Origin: an uncultured Acidobacteriota bacterium
GTDB taxonomy: Bacteria; Acidobacteriota; Vicinamibacteria; Vicinamibacterales; Fen-181
DNA length: 64,000 bases
Reading direction: 5' to 3'
Assembly (NCBI GenBank): GCA_963717945.1
Contig: CAVQXT010000007.1
Coordinates: forward strand, 1,006,808-1,070,807
The notes under the pieces are model-generated. The model was not told the DNA's origin. It did not search any database and saw nothing but the letters and a program-made list of their open reading frames with translations. Position 1 is the stretch's first letter; every line of letters begins with the position of its first letter. Shown here in pieces: positions 42,885 through 51,692 of this stretch. Made by a program: the position numbers and the translations under genes.

Positions 42885-44204
42885 TTGGATCTATTGAACC
42901 CAAATACAACTTCGACTTATTCTGTTCGGCCACGACGACGGCGCACCCGGCGGCCAGCGAGTCCAACCACAGACCCGTCCTCCCAGGGATTACCGGTCGG
43001 CGTCGGCCTTGAAGCGGAGGAGCGCGGACCCACGTTCGAGTCGTTCCAGTTTCCGCAGGCCCTGCTGCGCGGTATCAAAGAGCGAGGCTTCGAGACCGCC
43101 ACGCCCGTGCAGCGTGACGTGATCCCCGTCGCGCGGACGGCCGGCGACCTGATCGCCTGCGCCGAGACCGGCACGGGCAAGACGGCCGCGTTCGTCCTGC
43201 CCATCCTGGAGCACCTGCTCGTGTCGCGGTCGCCGGACCAGATCGGCGCGGCCGCCCGCACCGCGGCGCTCATCCTCACGCCGACCCGCGAGCTCGCCGT
43301 CCAGATCGACGACGACATCCAGGGCTTCGCGTATCACACGGGCCTGTCGAGCGTGGCCGTCTACGGCGGCGCGCCCGCCGACCCGCAGGAGCGCGCGCTC
43401 CGCGCCGGCGTGGACATCGTCGTCGCGACGCCCGGCCGGCTGATGGACCACATGCGCGGGGGCGCGACGGACTTCTCCGGCCTCGGCGTGCTCGTGCTCG
43501 ACGAAGCCGACCGGATGATGGACATGGGGTTCTGGCCCGACATCACGCGCATCGTGTCCGAGCTGCCGGCCTCGCGCCGGACGTTCCTCTTCTCGGCGAC
43601 CATGCCCGAGGAGGTGATGAGGCGCGCCAGGGCCATCACGCGCGACGCCGTGATGATCGAGAGCGGGGTCCGCAACGGGCCCGCCCGGACGATCCATCAC
43701 ACGGCGGTGATGGTGCACGCCGGCGAGAAGGCCGCGTGGCTGGCGAAGTTCCTGCGGCGCGAAGCCGGCCCGGTGCTGGTGTTCTGCCGCACCAAGGCCG
43801 GCGCCGACCGGCTGACGTCCCGGCTCGTGGCCCAGGGGATTCGGACGACGGCGCTGCACGCCGACCGGACGCAGCAGCAGCGCTCGGCGGCCGTGGAGGG
43901 ACTGCGGTCCGGGCGGTTCACCGCCGTGGTGGCGACCGACCTCGCGGCGCGCGGCCTCGACATCGAGGCGATCTCGCACGTCGTCAACTACGAGGTGCCC
44001 CAGACGCGCGACGCGTACGTCCACCGGGTCGGGCGGACCGGGCGCGCCAGCCTCGCCGGCACCGCCGTCACGCTCGTGTCGCCCGAGGAGCGGCGAGCGA
44101 TGAACGCCATCGCCCGCGAGTTGTCGATCACCATCCAGGAGCCGGACGCCCGTCCGGCCGACAAGCCCTACGCTCCCCAGAGCCCGACGATTCCGCTATC
44201 GTAG
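42885..44204 (+). CDS. DEAD-box ATP-dependent RNA helicase (RhlE-like)
   Basis: ORF 42885..44204. AETGTGKTAAF, VLDEADRM (DEAD), SAT, HRVGRTGRA. Only TTG starts are available (42885/42894), so the start is uncertain. An AT-richer leader lies upstream. Confidence 0.8.
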   Translation: MDLLNPNTTSTYSVRPRRRRTRRPASPTTDPSSQGLPVGVGLEAEERGPTFESFQFPQALLRGIKERGFETATPVQRDVIPVARTAGDLIACAETGTGKTAAFVLPILEHLLVSRSPDQIGAAARTAALILTPTRELAVQIDDDIQGFAYHTGLSSVAVYGGAPADPQERALRAGVDIVVATPGRLMDHMRGGATDFSGLGVLVLDEADRMMDMGFWPDITRIVSELPASRRTFLFSATMPEEVMRRARAITRDAVMIESGVRNGPARTIHHTAVMVHAGEKAAWLAKFLRREAGPVLVFCRTKAGADRLTSRLVAQGIRTTALHADRTQQQRSAAVEGLRSGRFTAVVATDLAARGLDIEAISHVVNYEVPQTRDAYVHRVGRTGRASLAGTAVTLVSPEERRAMNAIARELSITIQEPDARPADKPYAPQSPTIPLS

Positions 44205-44208
44205 AACG

Positions 44209-46659
44209 ATGGCATTTCGGCTGCGCCTCGGCGCGCTGACGCTGCTCTCGGCCGTCGCGTGTCTCGCGGCGGCCGGCGACTCCGGCGTGCGCGGGCGCGT
44301 CCGCGATCCCGACGGCCTCTCGCTCCCGGGCGTCACCATCAGCGTTGCGACCGCGTCAGGCGCCGCGCTGCGGGCCGCGCCGACCGCGACGACCGATGCC
44401 GACGGGACGTTCTTCATCCGGCTCCCGCCGGGCGCCTACCGCATCCGGGCGAACCTCGAAGGGTTCGCGTCAATCGACCAGCCGATGACGGTGACGGCCG
44501 GCGTCGCCCTCCAGCTCGACCTGCAGATGCGGCTGGCCGACGTGAAAGAGCAGGTGACCGTCAAGGGCGACACGCCGCAGCCGGTGCTGGGCGTGCCCAG
44601 CCCGGCCGCGCCGGTGACCGCGACGCGCGAGGTCGTGGACACGGGAATGCTCCCCAACAGCCAGTACGACGACGTGCTGCCGCTGCTGCCGAATGTCGTG
44701 CGCGGCCCCGACGGCCTCATCGCCGTGGCCGGCGCGAGCGCGCCGCAGGGCGGGCTGCTGGTCAACGGCGTCAACCTGTCGGACCCGATCACCGGGGAGG
44801 CCGTGCTGCTGCTGCCGCTCGAGGCCATCGACTCGGTGGACGTCTTCTCGGGCGGATACCCGGCCGACGCCGGGAGGGCCACGGGCGGCGTGACGTCGGT
44901 CCACACGCGCCCGGGCGGCGACAAGTGGCAGTGGTCGGCCAACAGCTTCTTCCCGCGCATCAAGTTGGTCGGCATCGGCCAGCACGGCGTGGACTCGTGG
45001 GAGCCGAACGCCGGCGCGAGCGGCCCGCTGTTCGGGGGGCGGCTCTCGGTCGAGCAGGCCGTCAGCTACCGCTACAACCGCAACCGGTTCGAGACGCTGT
45101 GGGGAGAGCAGGAGAGCACCTACGCGGCGCTGATGTCCTGGACGCAGGCCGACTGGCGCGTGTCGGATCGGAACCACCTGGTGGCGTCGCTGTCGCTCGA
45201 CCCGCAGCGCGACGACGCGGCGGGCATCACCGCCTTCACGTCGGCCGCCAGCGCGCCGCAGGTGCGGGTCGGTGGCTGGAGCGCCGCGCTCTCCGATCGC
45301 CTGACCATCGGCGACCGCTTCACGCTCGACGTGGGCGGGTCGGTGGTGCGCGGGCGGCTGGCCATCACGCCGACCGGCACCGACCCGTACGAGGTCGGCC
45401 ACGACATCACCCGCGGCAGCTACTTCGACCGGCGGGACCTCGACGGCACGAGAGCCGAGATCACTGCGGCCTGGGGATGGACGGCGCCGTCGGGCCACCA
45501 GGTCCTGACCGGCGTGTCGGCCGCGACCGAGTCGATCGACGGCAGCGAGGCCGCCGGCGCGATCGACCTGCTGAACAGCGCGGGACAGCTCGTGCGGCGG
45601 GTGAGCTTCCTGCCCTCGGCGGTCCCCATCGCGGCCGACGCCAGGCACGTCGGAGGGTTCGCGCAGGACCGGTGGACGGTGCGGTCGTGGTTCACGGTCG
45701 ACGCCGGTATCCGCTACGACTGGTCTTCGACCTCGCGCGCGGCCCTGTCGCCGCGGGTGGCGTGGACGATCAAGCTGCCGGGCGGGGCCTCCACGTTCGG
45801 GGGCAGCGCCGGGGTCTATGCCGACAAGATCCCGCTCCAGGCGTATGCGTTCGCGGACGGTCAGTCCCGGCTCATGCAGACGTGGGACGCCAGCGGCGCG
45901 ATGACGTCCTCCGTCCTCTTCACCAATGCCCGGACGGGAACCTGGTCCACGCCGATCGCGTCGAGGTGGGACCTGGAGTTCGACCATCGGCTGAACCAGG
46001 CGTGGCAGGTGCGCGCGAAGTACCAGGAGCGCCACGGGCGACACGAGCTCGTCGTCGATCCGGTCGTGAACTCGGCGCAGTCCGGGGCGCTGGTGCTCGG
46101 CGACGGGGGCGCATCGAGCGCGCGGAGCCTCGAGCTGACGGCCGCGTATCGGGGCAAGGGTCGGGGGAACGAGCTCTATCTGTCCTACGTCCGCTCCCGG
46201 TCGCTCGGGTCGAGCGACACGCTCGCCGCGGTTGACGGCATGTTCCGGAACGCGTACGTGCAGCCAGGGCAGGTGGCGCCGCTCCGGGCCGACGTGCCGC
46301 ACCGGCTGCTCGTCTGGGGGGTGTTCCACCTGCCGGCGCGAATCAGCGTGGCGCCGTTTGTCGAGGTGCGCAGCGGGTTTCCCTATACGCCGATCGACGA
46401 GGTGTGGACCTACGCCGCCCCGGTCAACAGCGCCAGGCTGCCCTGGTTCGGCGCGCTCGACCTCTACGTGAACAAGGAGATGGTGCTGTCTCCGCGCCTG
46501 CCGGAAGTCCGCTTCGGCCTCAAGCTCTTCAACGTGGCCTCGGTGCACACCGAGCGCGACGTGCAGCGGGACCTCGCCCGGCCGGACTTCGGGCAGACCT
46601 ACAATCCGATCCCGCGCGACTTCAGCTTCGTCTTCGAACTGCTGTGGGGCAAGCGGTAG
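44209..46659 (+). CDS. Outer-membrane TonB-dependent-receptor-like protein with N-terminal carboxypeptidase-regulatory-like domain
   Basis: ORF 44209..46659. Signal peptide, GRVRDPDGLSLPGVTISV...DADGTFFIRLPPGAYRI, a plug-like region, and a beta-barrel tail ending in an aromatic-rich segment. Confidence 0.75.
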   Translation: MAFRLRLGALTLLSAVACLAAAGDSGVRGRVRDPDGLSLPGVTISVATASGAALRAAPTATTDADGTFFIRLPPGAYRIRANLEGFASIDQPMTVTAGVALQLDLQMRLADVKEQVTVKGDTPQPVLGVPSPAAPVTATREVVDTGMLPNSQYDDVLPLLPNVVRGPDGLIAVAGASAPQGGLLVNGVNLSDPITGEAVLLLPLEAIDSVDVFSGGYPADAGRATGGVTSVHTRPGGDKWQWSANSFFPRIKLVGIGQHGVDSWEPNAGASGPLFGGRLSVEQAVSYRYNRNRFETLWGEQESTYAALMSWTQADWRVSDRNHLVASLSLDPQRDDAAGITAFTSAASAPQVRVGGWSAALSDRLTIGDRFTLDVGGSVVRGRLAITPTGTDPYEVGHDITRGSYFDRRDLDGTRAEITAAWGWTAPSGHQVLTGVSAATESIDGSEAAGAIDLLNSAGQLVRRVSFLPSAVPIAADARHVGGFAQDRWTVRSWFTVDAGIRYDWSSTSRAALSPRVAWTIKLPGGASTFGGSAGVYADKIPLQAYAFADGQSRLMQTWDASGAMTSSVLFTNARTGTWSTPIASRWDLEFDHRLNQAWQVRAKYQERHGRHELVVDPVVNSAQSGALVLGDGGASSARSLELTAAYRGKGRGNELYLSYVRSRSLGSSDTLAAVDGMFRNAYVQPGQVAPLRADVPHRLLVWGVFHLPARISVAPFVEVRSGFPYTPIDEVWTYAAPVNSARLPWFGALDLYVNKEMVLSPRLPEVRFGLKLFNVASVHTERDVQRDLARPDFGQTYNPIPRDFSFVFELLWGKR

Positions 46660-46668
46660 CGCGGCGTC

Positions 46669-47271
46669 TCAGGCCGAGTCGCGACCCGCGGTCTGCACGA
46701 AAAGCTCGGGGTAGAGGCGCCTGGAGCACTCGGGGCACAGCCCGTGCGAGAACTTCAGATCGAGGTGGGCGTCGAGGTACGCCTCGACCTGCATCCACAG
46801 GCCCTCGTCCCGCACCTTCTTGCAGCCCATGCAGATCGGCAGCGCGTCGGCGAGCGACAGCAGCAGCGTGAGGTCCTCGATGCAGACCAGCGCAGAGCGC
46901 CGGCCGTCGTAGTCGAGCGGCGAGGCGGTGACCAGCGCATACATCTGCTGGACGTTGCCGTCCTGGTGGTACTCGAGGCGAGCCCGCCTGCGGGCCGGCT
47001 CTCCGCCCGAGATCGCGAAGGTGATCAGGGATCTGATCACGCAGTCCGTGCAGGCCGCCGACTTCCCGCACCCCTCGGCGCTGTTGATGCAGTGCAGCAC
47101 CTCTCCGTAGCGCTGGCGCAGCTCCGACTTGTCTCCGCCTCGCAGGAAGCGGCGCGCGGCGGGGTTGGTCGCCAGGATCCGCACGTCGCCGTCGGCGACG
47201 AAAGCGGGGAAGGGCAGGGCGTCGAACACGGTTGACGAGAACGCGGCACCGGCGGGGTCGAGCGGGCTCAC
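46669..47271 (-). CDS. PAS-domain protein with C-terminal Cys4 motif (ICMGCKKVRD...HGLCPEC)
   Basis: GTG 47271 (RBS AGGAGG 6 nt upstream) within ORF 46669..47895. Upstream ORF sequence runs through REP repeats. Confidence 0.7.
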   Translation of the reverse strand: MSPLDPAGAAFSSTVFDALPFPAFVADGDVRILATNPAARRFLRGGDKSELRQRYGEVLHCINSAEGCGKSAACTDCVIRSLITFAISGGEPARRRARLEYHQDGNVQQMYALVTASPLDYDGRRSALVCIEDLTLLLSLADALPICMGCKKVRDEGLWMQVEAYLDAHLDLKFSHGLCPECSRRLYPELFVQTAGRDSA

Positions 47272-47328
47272 GGCATCCTCCTGACTGGGTGTCCCCAATT
47301 CTAGTCCAGAACGATCCGAAGAGAGGAA

Positions 47329-47500
47329 GCTCGCGCCACACAGACCAGGTCGCGCCACACAGACCAGGTCGCGCCACACAGACCAGGTCGCGCCACACCA
47401 GCCATGTGTAGCGCCGGCGTTCTCGCCGGCCGCCCGACCATGTGTGGGGCCGGCCTCGCCGGCCGCCCGACCATGTGTGGGGCCGGCCTCCTGGCCGGCC
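47329..47500. repeat. REP (class I) cluster: 4 minus-oriented GTGTGGCGCGA units (19-nt tandem) then 3 plus-oriented GTGT(A/G)G hairpins
   Basis: tcgcgccacacagaccagg occurs three times (47331, 47350, 47369) plus a partial copy. Then GTGTAGCGCCGGCG-TTCT-CGCCGGC, a degenerate copy, and GTGTGGGGCCGGCC-TCCT-GGCCGGCC. Confidence 0.85.
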
Positions 47501-47819
47501 TGAGGGCGCGACGGTTCCAAGCTATTGCCCGCCTGAAAAGAATCCGCGATTCCCAGCCACGCCGAACCGCGGGCGCCTCGTCCTCGCGATCCGGCTCCGC
47601 AGGCCGGGAAGGCTCCTCGCTCTGCGCCGGTTTCCGGATTTCTGTGTCCGGCTGGCGCTATTCGCGCTGGATCGACCGCACGCGCTGCGCCGGGGAAACC
47701 GGCGCAGGAGCTCATCGCCTTCCGGCATCTTGCGCGGCCTGCTCCGAACGGCTCGTTCGGCGAGTCATCCCACGGTCCGGCTCGCGATCCCGAATCGCTG
47801 TGGCCCGGCCGCCCCGCAA

Positions 47820-47898
47820 TGTGTGGGGCCGGCCTCCTGGCCGGCCGGGGTCCGCGAGCCAGAAGGTTCGCGCCACACAGACCAGGTCGCGCCACACA
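47820..47898. repeat. REP (class I) cluster: one plus and two minus units
   Basis: GTGTGGGGCCGGCCTCCTGGCCGGCC, then cgcgagccagaaggttcgcgccacac and gaccaggtcgcgccacaca. Confidence 0.85.
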
Positions 47899-47952
47899 GA
47901 CGGGAACCGGTCAGTGTCCAACGCGTCGGACCCGAGCTGATAGAATCCCGGG

Positions 47953-49194
47953 GTGGGAGAATCCCGGTCGCCATCGCGTGATGCGCGCATCCGCTGGTTC
48001 GTGGTCAGCGTGCTCGTGCTCTCGACCGCGCTGAGCTTCGTCGATCGCCAGGTGCTCGCCGCGCTCGCCCCCTTCCTCAAGGAGCAGTTCCACCTCTCCA
48101 ACGAAGGCTACGGCCTGGTCGTGTCGGCGTTCTCGCTCGCGTATGCGATCGTCGCCCCGGCGGCCGGCCTGCTCATCGACCGGATCGGGCTGACCGCCGG
48201 CGCCGCGGTCGCGGTCGGGCTCTGGTCGGTGGCGGGCGTGGCGACCGGCCTGGTCGGCGGCCTGGGCGGGCTGCTGACCTGCCGGGCCCTGCTCGGCGCC
48301 GCCGAATCGGGCGGCATCCCGGCGACGGCGAAGGGGTTCGCCCTCTACCTCGAGCCGCGCGAACGGGCGATGGGGACCGCGCTCAACCAGGTCGGCATCA
48401 CCCTCGGCATGATGCTCGCGCCGCTGCTGGTCGGCGGCCTCGCCGCCGTCTGGGGCTGGCGGGCCGCGTTCGTGGCCACGGGGCTGGCCGGCTTCGCCTG
48501 GGTGCCCCTGTGGCTGGTGACGGCCCGGAGATTCCCCGCGCGCGAACAGGCGCGCGTCGCGACAGCCGGCCCGGCGCTCTGGCGCGACTGGCGGCTGTGG
48601 GCGCTCGCCGTCGCCAACATCCTGATGATGACCGTCTACAGCCTGTGGATGAACTGGACGACGGTGTTCCTGGTGTCCGCGCACGGGCTGGACCCGGTGG
48701 CCGCGAACCGGCGCTTCGCCTGGGTGCCACCCGTGTTCGCCTCGCTCGGCGGCCTGGCCGGCGGGTGGCTGTCGATGAGGTGGGTGAGCGCCGGCGCGGG
48801 CCTGTACGCGGCGCGCCTTCGCGTGTGCGCGGTCGGCGCCGTGCTGCTCGTGTCGACCGCGCTCGTGCCGGCCGTGCCGGGCGCGCTGCCGGCGACGGCG
48901 CTCATCTCGCTCAGCTTCTTCGCGGCCGTGGCCATGAGCGCGAACATCTACGCGATGCCGCTCGACCTGTTCGGCGCGGGCCGGGCCGCGTTCGCCATCT
49001 CGGTCCTCACCGCGTCCTACGGCCTGATGCAGACCGTCGTCTCGCCGCTCATCGGCTACTCGGTGGACCATTACGGGTTTGGGCCGGTCTGCGCTGTCTG
49101 CGGCGTGCTGCCGCTGGCGTCGCTGGTGGTGCTGGTCGCGGTGGGGCGATCAGAAACAGGCTCTCGGCCTGAGGGTGAAGAAAGGCGAATATGA
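47953..49194 (+). CDS. MFS transporter
   Basis: ORF 47953..49194, 12 predicted TMs. VDRQVLAALAPFLKEQFHLSNEGYGLVVSAFSLAYA. Confidence 0.8.
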   Translation: MGESRSPSRDARIRWFVVSVLVLSTALSFVDRQVLAALAPFLKEQFHLSNEGYGLVVSAFSLAYAIVAPAAGLLIDRIGLTAGAAVAVGLWSVAGVATGLVGGLGGLLTCRALLGAAESGGIPATAKGFALYLEPRERAMGTALNQVGITLGMMLAPLLVGGLAAVWGWRAAFVATGLAGFAWVPLWLVTARRFPAREQARVATAGPALWRDWRLWALAVANILMMTVYSLWMNWTTVFLVSAHGLDPVAANRRFAWVPPVFASLGGLAGGWLSMRWVSAGAGLYAARLRVCAVGAVLLVSTALVPAVPGALPATALISLSFFAAVAMSANIYAMPLDLFGAGRAAFAISVLTASYGLMQTVVSPLIGYSVDHYGFGPVCAVCGVLPLASLVVLVAVGRSETGSRPEGEERRI

Positions 49195-50501
49195 GAACCA
49201 ATGGGCCCGGCGTGCTCTTCTCGCGGTTGTCTCTCGTCCCGCTGGCCATGTTGGCGGCTTTCTCGGCCGGCGCGCGCGGCCAGGCTCCGTCGCCGATTCT
49301 CGAGAGTCACGAAGGCGACGATTACACGCGGTACGAGCTGCTGGCGCCGGGCTCGGGGAAGTTCCGCATCGTCTACGAGGTCACGGCCACGACGGCGGGT
49401 GCGCGGTTCTACTTCAACCCGATTCGGCAGGGGAGCGAGGCCAGCGACGAGGCGGTCTTCGACCGGGCGACGGGGCAACCGCTTCGGTTCGAGATCGTCG
49501 ATGGCGCGGCCGCGCGCGCGGCGGGCTTCTCGCGGGCCGATCTCGGCACACGCTACATCCAGGTCACGCTGCCGCGCCCCGTGCCGGAGGGCGGAGAGAT
49601 CCGGCTCCGGATCGACAAGACCTACGCCGACCCGAAGTCGTACTACCAGGAGGGCGGCGGGATCGTCTTCGACCGCGGCCTGGGCATCCGGCGAAACGCC
49701 GTCGTGATGCCGGCCGGCTACGAGATCGTGTCGTGCAACGTGCCGTCGCAGGTGCTGAGGCAGCCGGACGGCCGGCTGATGGTCAGCTTCTTCCACGTTG
49801 GGGCCGGCGAGGCGCCGCTGGTCGTCAAGGCTCGCCCGCTGCCGCGGGAGGCGTCGGCGCCGCCGGCTTCCGTCTCGTCGGCCGTCAAGCCGCGCGCGAG
49901 CGGTGGGGCAGCCGCGCCGGCCGCGGCGCCCACGATCGCGGAGCGTCTTTCGGAGCGCGCGCACGAGGACCCCGAGATCGTCTACTTCCTGCAGCAGCCC
50001 GAGACGCACGCCTTCTCCCTCTACCACGACTACACGGAGACGCACGAAGGCAACGACAAGTACCTGAACGTCGTCCGCGCCGGGAGCCGCGCGTCCAACC
50101 CGTCGGCCCGGCTCCTCGACACCGGCGAGGCGCTGAAGGTCGAGACGCTCAAGGGGCCCCAGATCACCGCCGCCCGCCTCGACATCGGGGAGCCGGTGAC
50201 GCCCGCGAGCGAGGTCGTCGTGATCCACTACCCGGCCGTGACGAAGGGCCAGTCGATCCGCCTGCGCATCAGCGAGACCTACACGGACGAAGGGCGCTAC
50301 TACCTCGAGGGCGGCCTGCTGGTCTTCGACAGGAGTTTCGGGCGGGCGCGGAACGCGGTCGTGCTGCCGGCGGGCTGGTACGTCACCGACAGTTCGATCC
50401 CGGCCACGATCGGCTTGACGAAGGATGGGCGCGTGCGGCTGGACTACGACAACCCGCGGCCCGACGAGGTCAGCGTGCTCTTGAGGGCGGCCCGGCGATA
50501 G
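49191..50501 (+). CDS. Secreted protein of unknown function with two homologous ~180-aa halves
   Basis: ORF 49191..50501 (ATGA overlap with the MFS gene). Signal peptide. IRLRIDKTYADPKSYYQEGGGIVFDRGLGIRRNAVVMPAGY parallels IRLRISETYTDEGRYYLEGGLLVFDRSFGRARNAVVLPAGW. Confidence 0.6.
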   Translation: MRTNGPGVLFSRLSLVPLAMLAAFSAGARGQAPSPILESHEGDDYTRYELLAPGSGKFRIVYEVTATTAGARFYFNPIRQGSEASDEAVFDRATGQPLRFEIVDGAAARAAGFSRADLGTRYIQVTLPRPVPEGGEIRLRIDKTYADPKSYYQEGGGIVFDRGLGIRRNAVVMPAGYEIVSCNVPSQVLRQPDGRLMVSFFHVGAGEAPLVVKARPLPREASAPPASVSSAVKPRASGGAAAPAAAPTIAERLSERAHEDPEIVYFLQQPETHAFSLYHDYTETHEGNDKYLNVVRAGSRASNPSARLLDTGEALKVETLKGPQITAARLDIGEPVTPASEVVVIHYPAVTKGQSIRLRISETYTDEGRYYLEGGLLVFDRSFGRARNAVVLPAGWYVTDSSIPATIGLTKDGRVRLDYDNPRPDEVSVLLRAARR

Positions 50502-50543
50502 GGACGACGGCCCCAGGCTCTGGGCTCTTGGCTCTTGGAGGGG

Positions 50544-51122
50544 TCAAGCCTTCGGCGTTCCGCCACTCGCATTAGCGATCACCATTTCGACCGCTGCGAT
50601 GGCCCGGGCCTGGCGCTCGGGCCACGCGCCACGGATTTCGACGATCGTCGCGCCGGCCGCGGCCAGCGTTTCGCGGAACAGCCCGTGAATCAGCGCGCGG
50701 GCCTCTTCGTCCGGGCGATCGCGCATGAGGCCATCCGCGATCCAGGGGACGTCTGGGTAAAGGAGCAGGTAGAGGTCGCCGGTTCGCGCGCGCGCCGCCT
50801 CGACGATCCAGCCCGGACAATCCCCGTAATAGTGCCGGCTGTAGACGACGGTTGAATGGAGGTCCGTGTCCCGGACGACCACGCCAGGTCCGCCGTCGGC
50901 CGCCGCCAGGTCCGCAGCCTGCTCGCCGGCAAGCTGGCCCCGGGCGATCGGCTCCACGTCCGACGCGTCGAGCTCGGTCCGCTTCAGGTCCACGTACTGC
51001 CGCGCGAACTCCTTCGACCACGGCGCGCCGAACCTCTCGGCCAGCGCCGCGGCCAGCGTGGTCTTTCCGGTGCACTCCGACCCGGTGACGACGATGGTGA
51101 GCGGGCGGCGTGGGGAGGTCAT
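50544..51122 (-). CDS. NadR-C-terminal-like (AAA_28) small-molecule kinase
   Basis: ORF 50544..51149, with ATG 51122 overlapping the pnuC-family stop (ATGA). VVTGSECTGKTTLAAALAERFGAPWSKEFAR. Confidence 0.7.
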   Translation of the reverse strand: MTSPRRPLTIVVTGSECTGKTTLAAALAERFGAPWSKEFARQYVDLKRTELDASDVEPIARGQLAGEQAADLAAADGGPGVVVRDTDLHSTVVYSRHYYGDCPGWIVEAARARTGDLYLLLYPDVPWIADGLMRDRPDEEARALIHGLFRETLAAAGATIVEIRGAWPERQARAIAAVEMVIANASGGTPKA

Positions 51123-51682
51123 GCGGCGTGTCCGAGCGACCGGCGCCACTGGCGCAGGCCCGACACCGCGAGCGCCACGTAGACGGCGTAGAGGAGGGCA
51201 GTCCAGGCCAGGCCCTGCGACAGGTACATCACGACGTAGACGAGGTCAACGACCAGCCAGACCCACCAGTTCTCGATGAGCTTCCTCGTCTGCATCCACT
51301 GCGCCACGAGGCTGAACGACGTCGTGGCCGCGTCGGTGATCGGCAGCGCTTCGTCGGTCTGGCGGGCGAGCCAGGCCGCCAGCGCCGCGGCGCCGACCGC
51401 ACCGACAACGCCCGCCACGACGAGCGTGCGCCGGGTGGCCTTCGACACGCGGAGCGGCCCGACGCCCTGCCCGCCGTTCACCCAGGCGTACCAGCCGTAG
51501 ACGGCCAGGCCGATGTAGACGACCTGCAGGCCCATCGCGCCGTAGAGCCGGGCGCGAAAGAAGACGGCGACAAACAGCGCGACCGACACGATGCCGACCG
51601 GCCAGCACCACACCTTCTCACGCGTCGTCAGCCACACGGCGACGATCCCCGTCGCCACGCCGGCAATCTCGAGTGCGCTCAT
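51119..51682 (-). CDS. PnuC-family vitamin transporter (probably thiamine-type PnuT given the TPP riboswitch)
   Basis: ORF 51119..51682. WLTTREKVWCWPVGIV...QWMQTRKLIENWWVWLVVD. Confidence 0.75.
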   Translation of the reverse strand: MSALEIAGVATGIVAVWLTTREKVWCWPVGIVSVALFVAVFFRARLYGAMGLQVVYIGLAVYGWYAWVNGGQGVGPLRVSKATRRTLVVAGVVGAVGAAALAAWLARQTDEALPITDAATTSFSLVAQWMQTRKLIENWWVWLVVDLVYVVMYLSQGLAWTALLYAVYVALAVSGLRQWRRSLGHAA

Positions 51683-51692
51683 CGTGTCGGGA

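Noticed and set aside
47404-47981. ORFs of 170-180 aa across the 47.3-47.9 kb REP clusters
   Set aside because: They are repeat-derived, low-complexity translations with no start context and no motifs.
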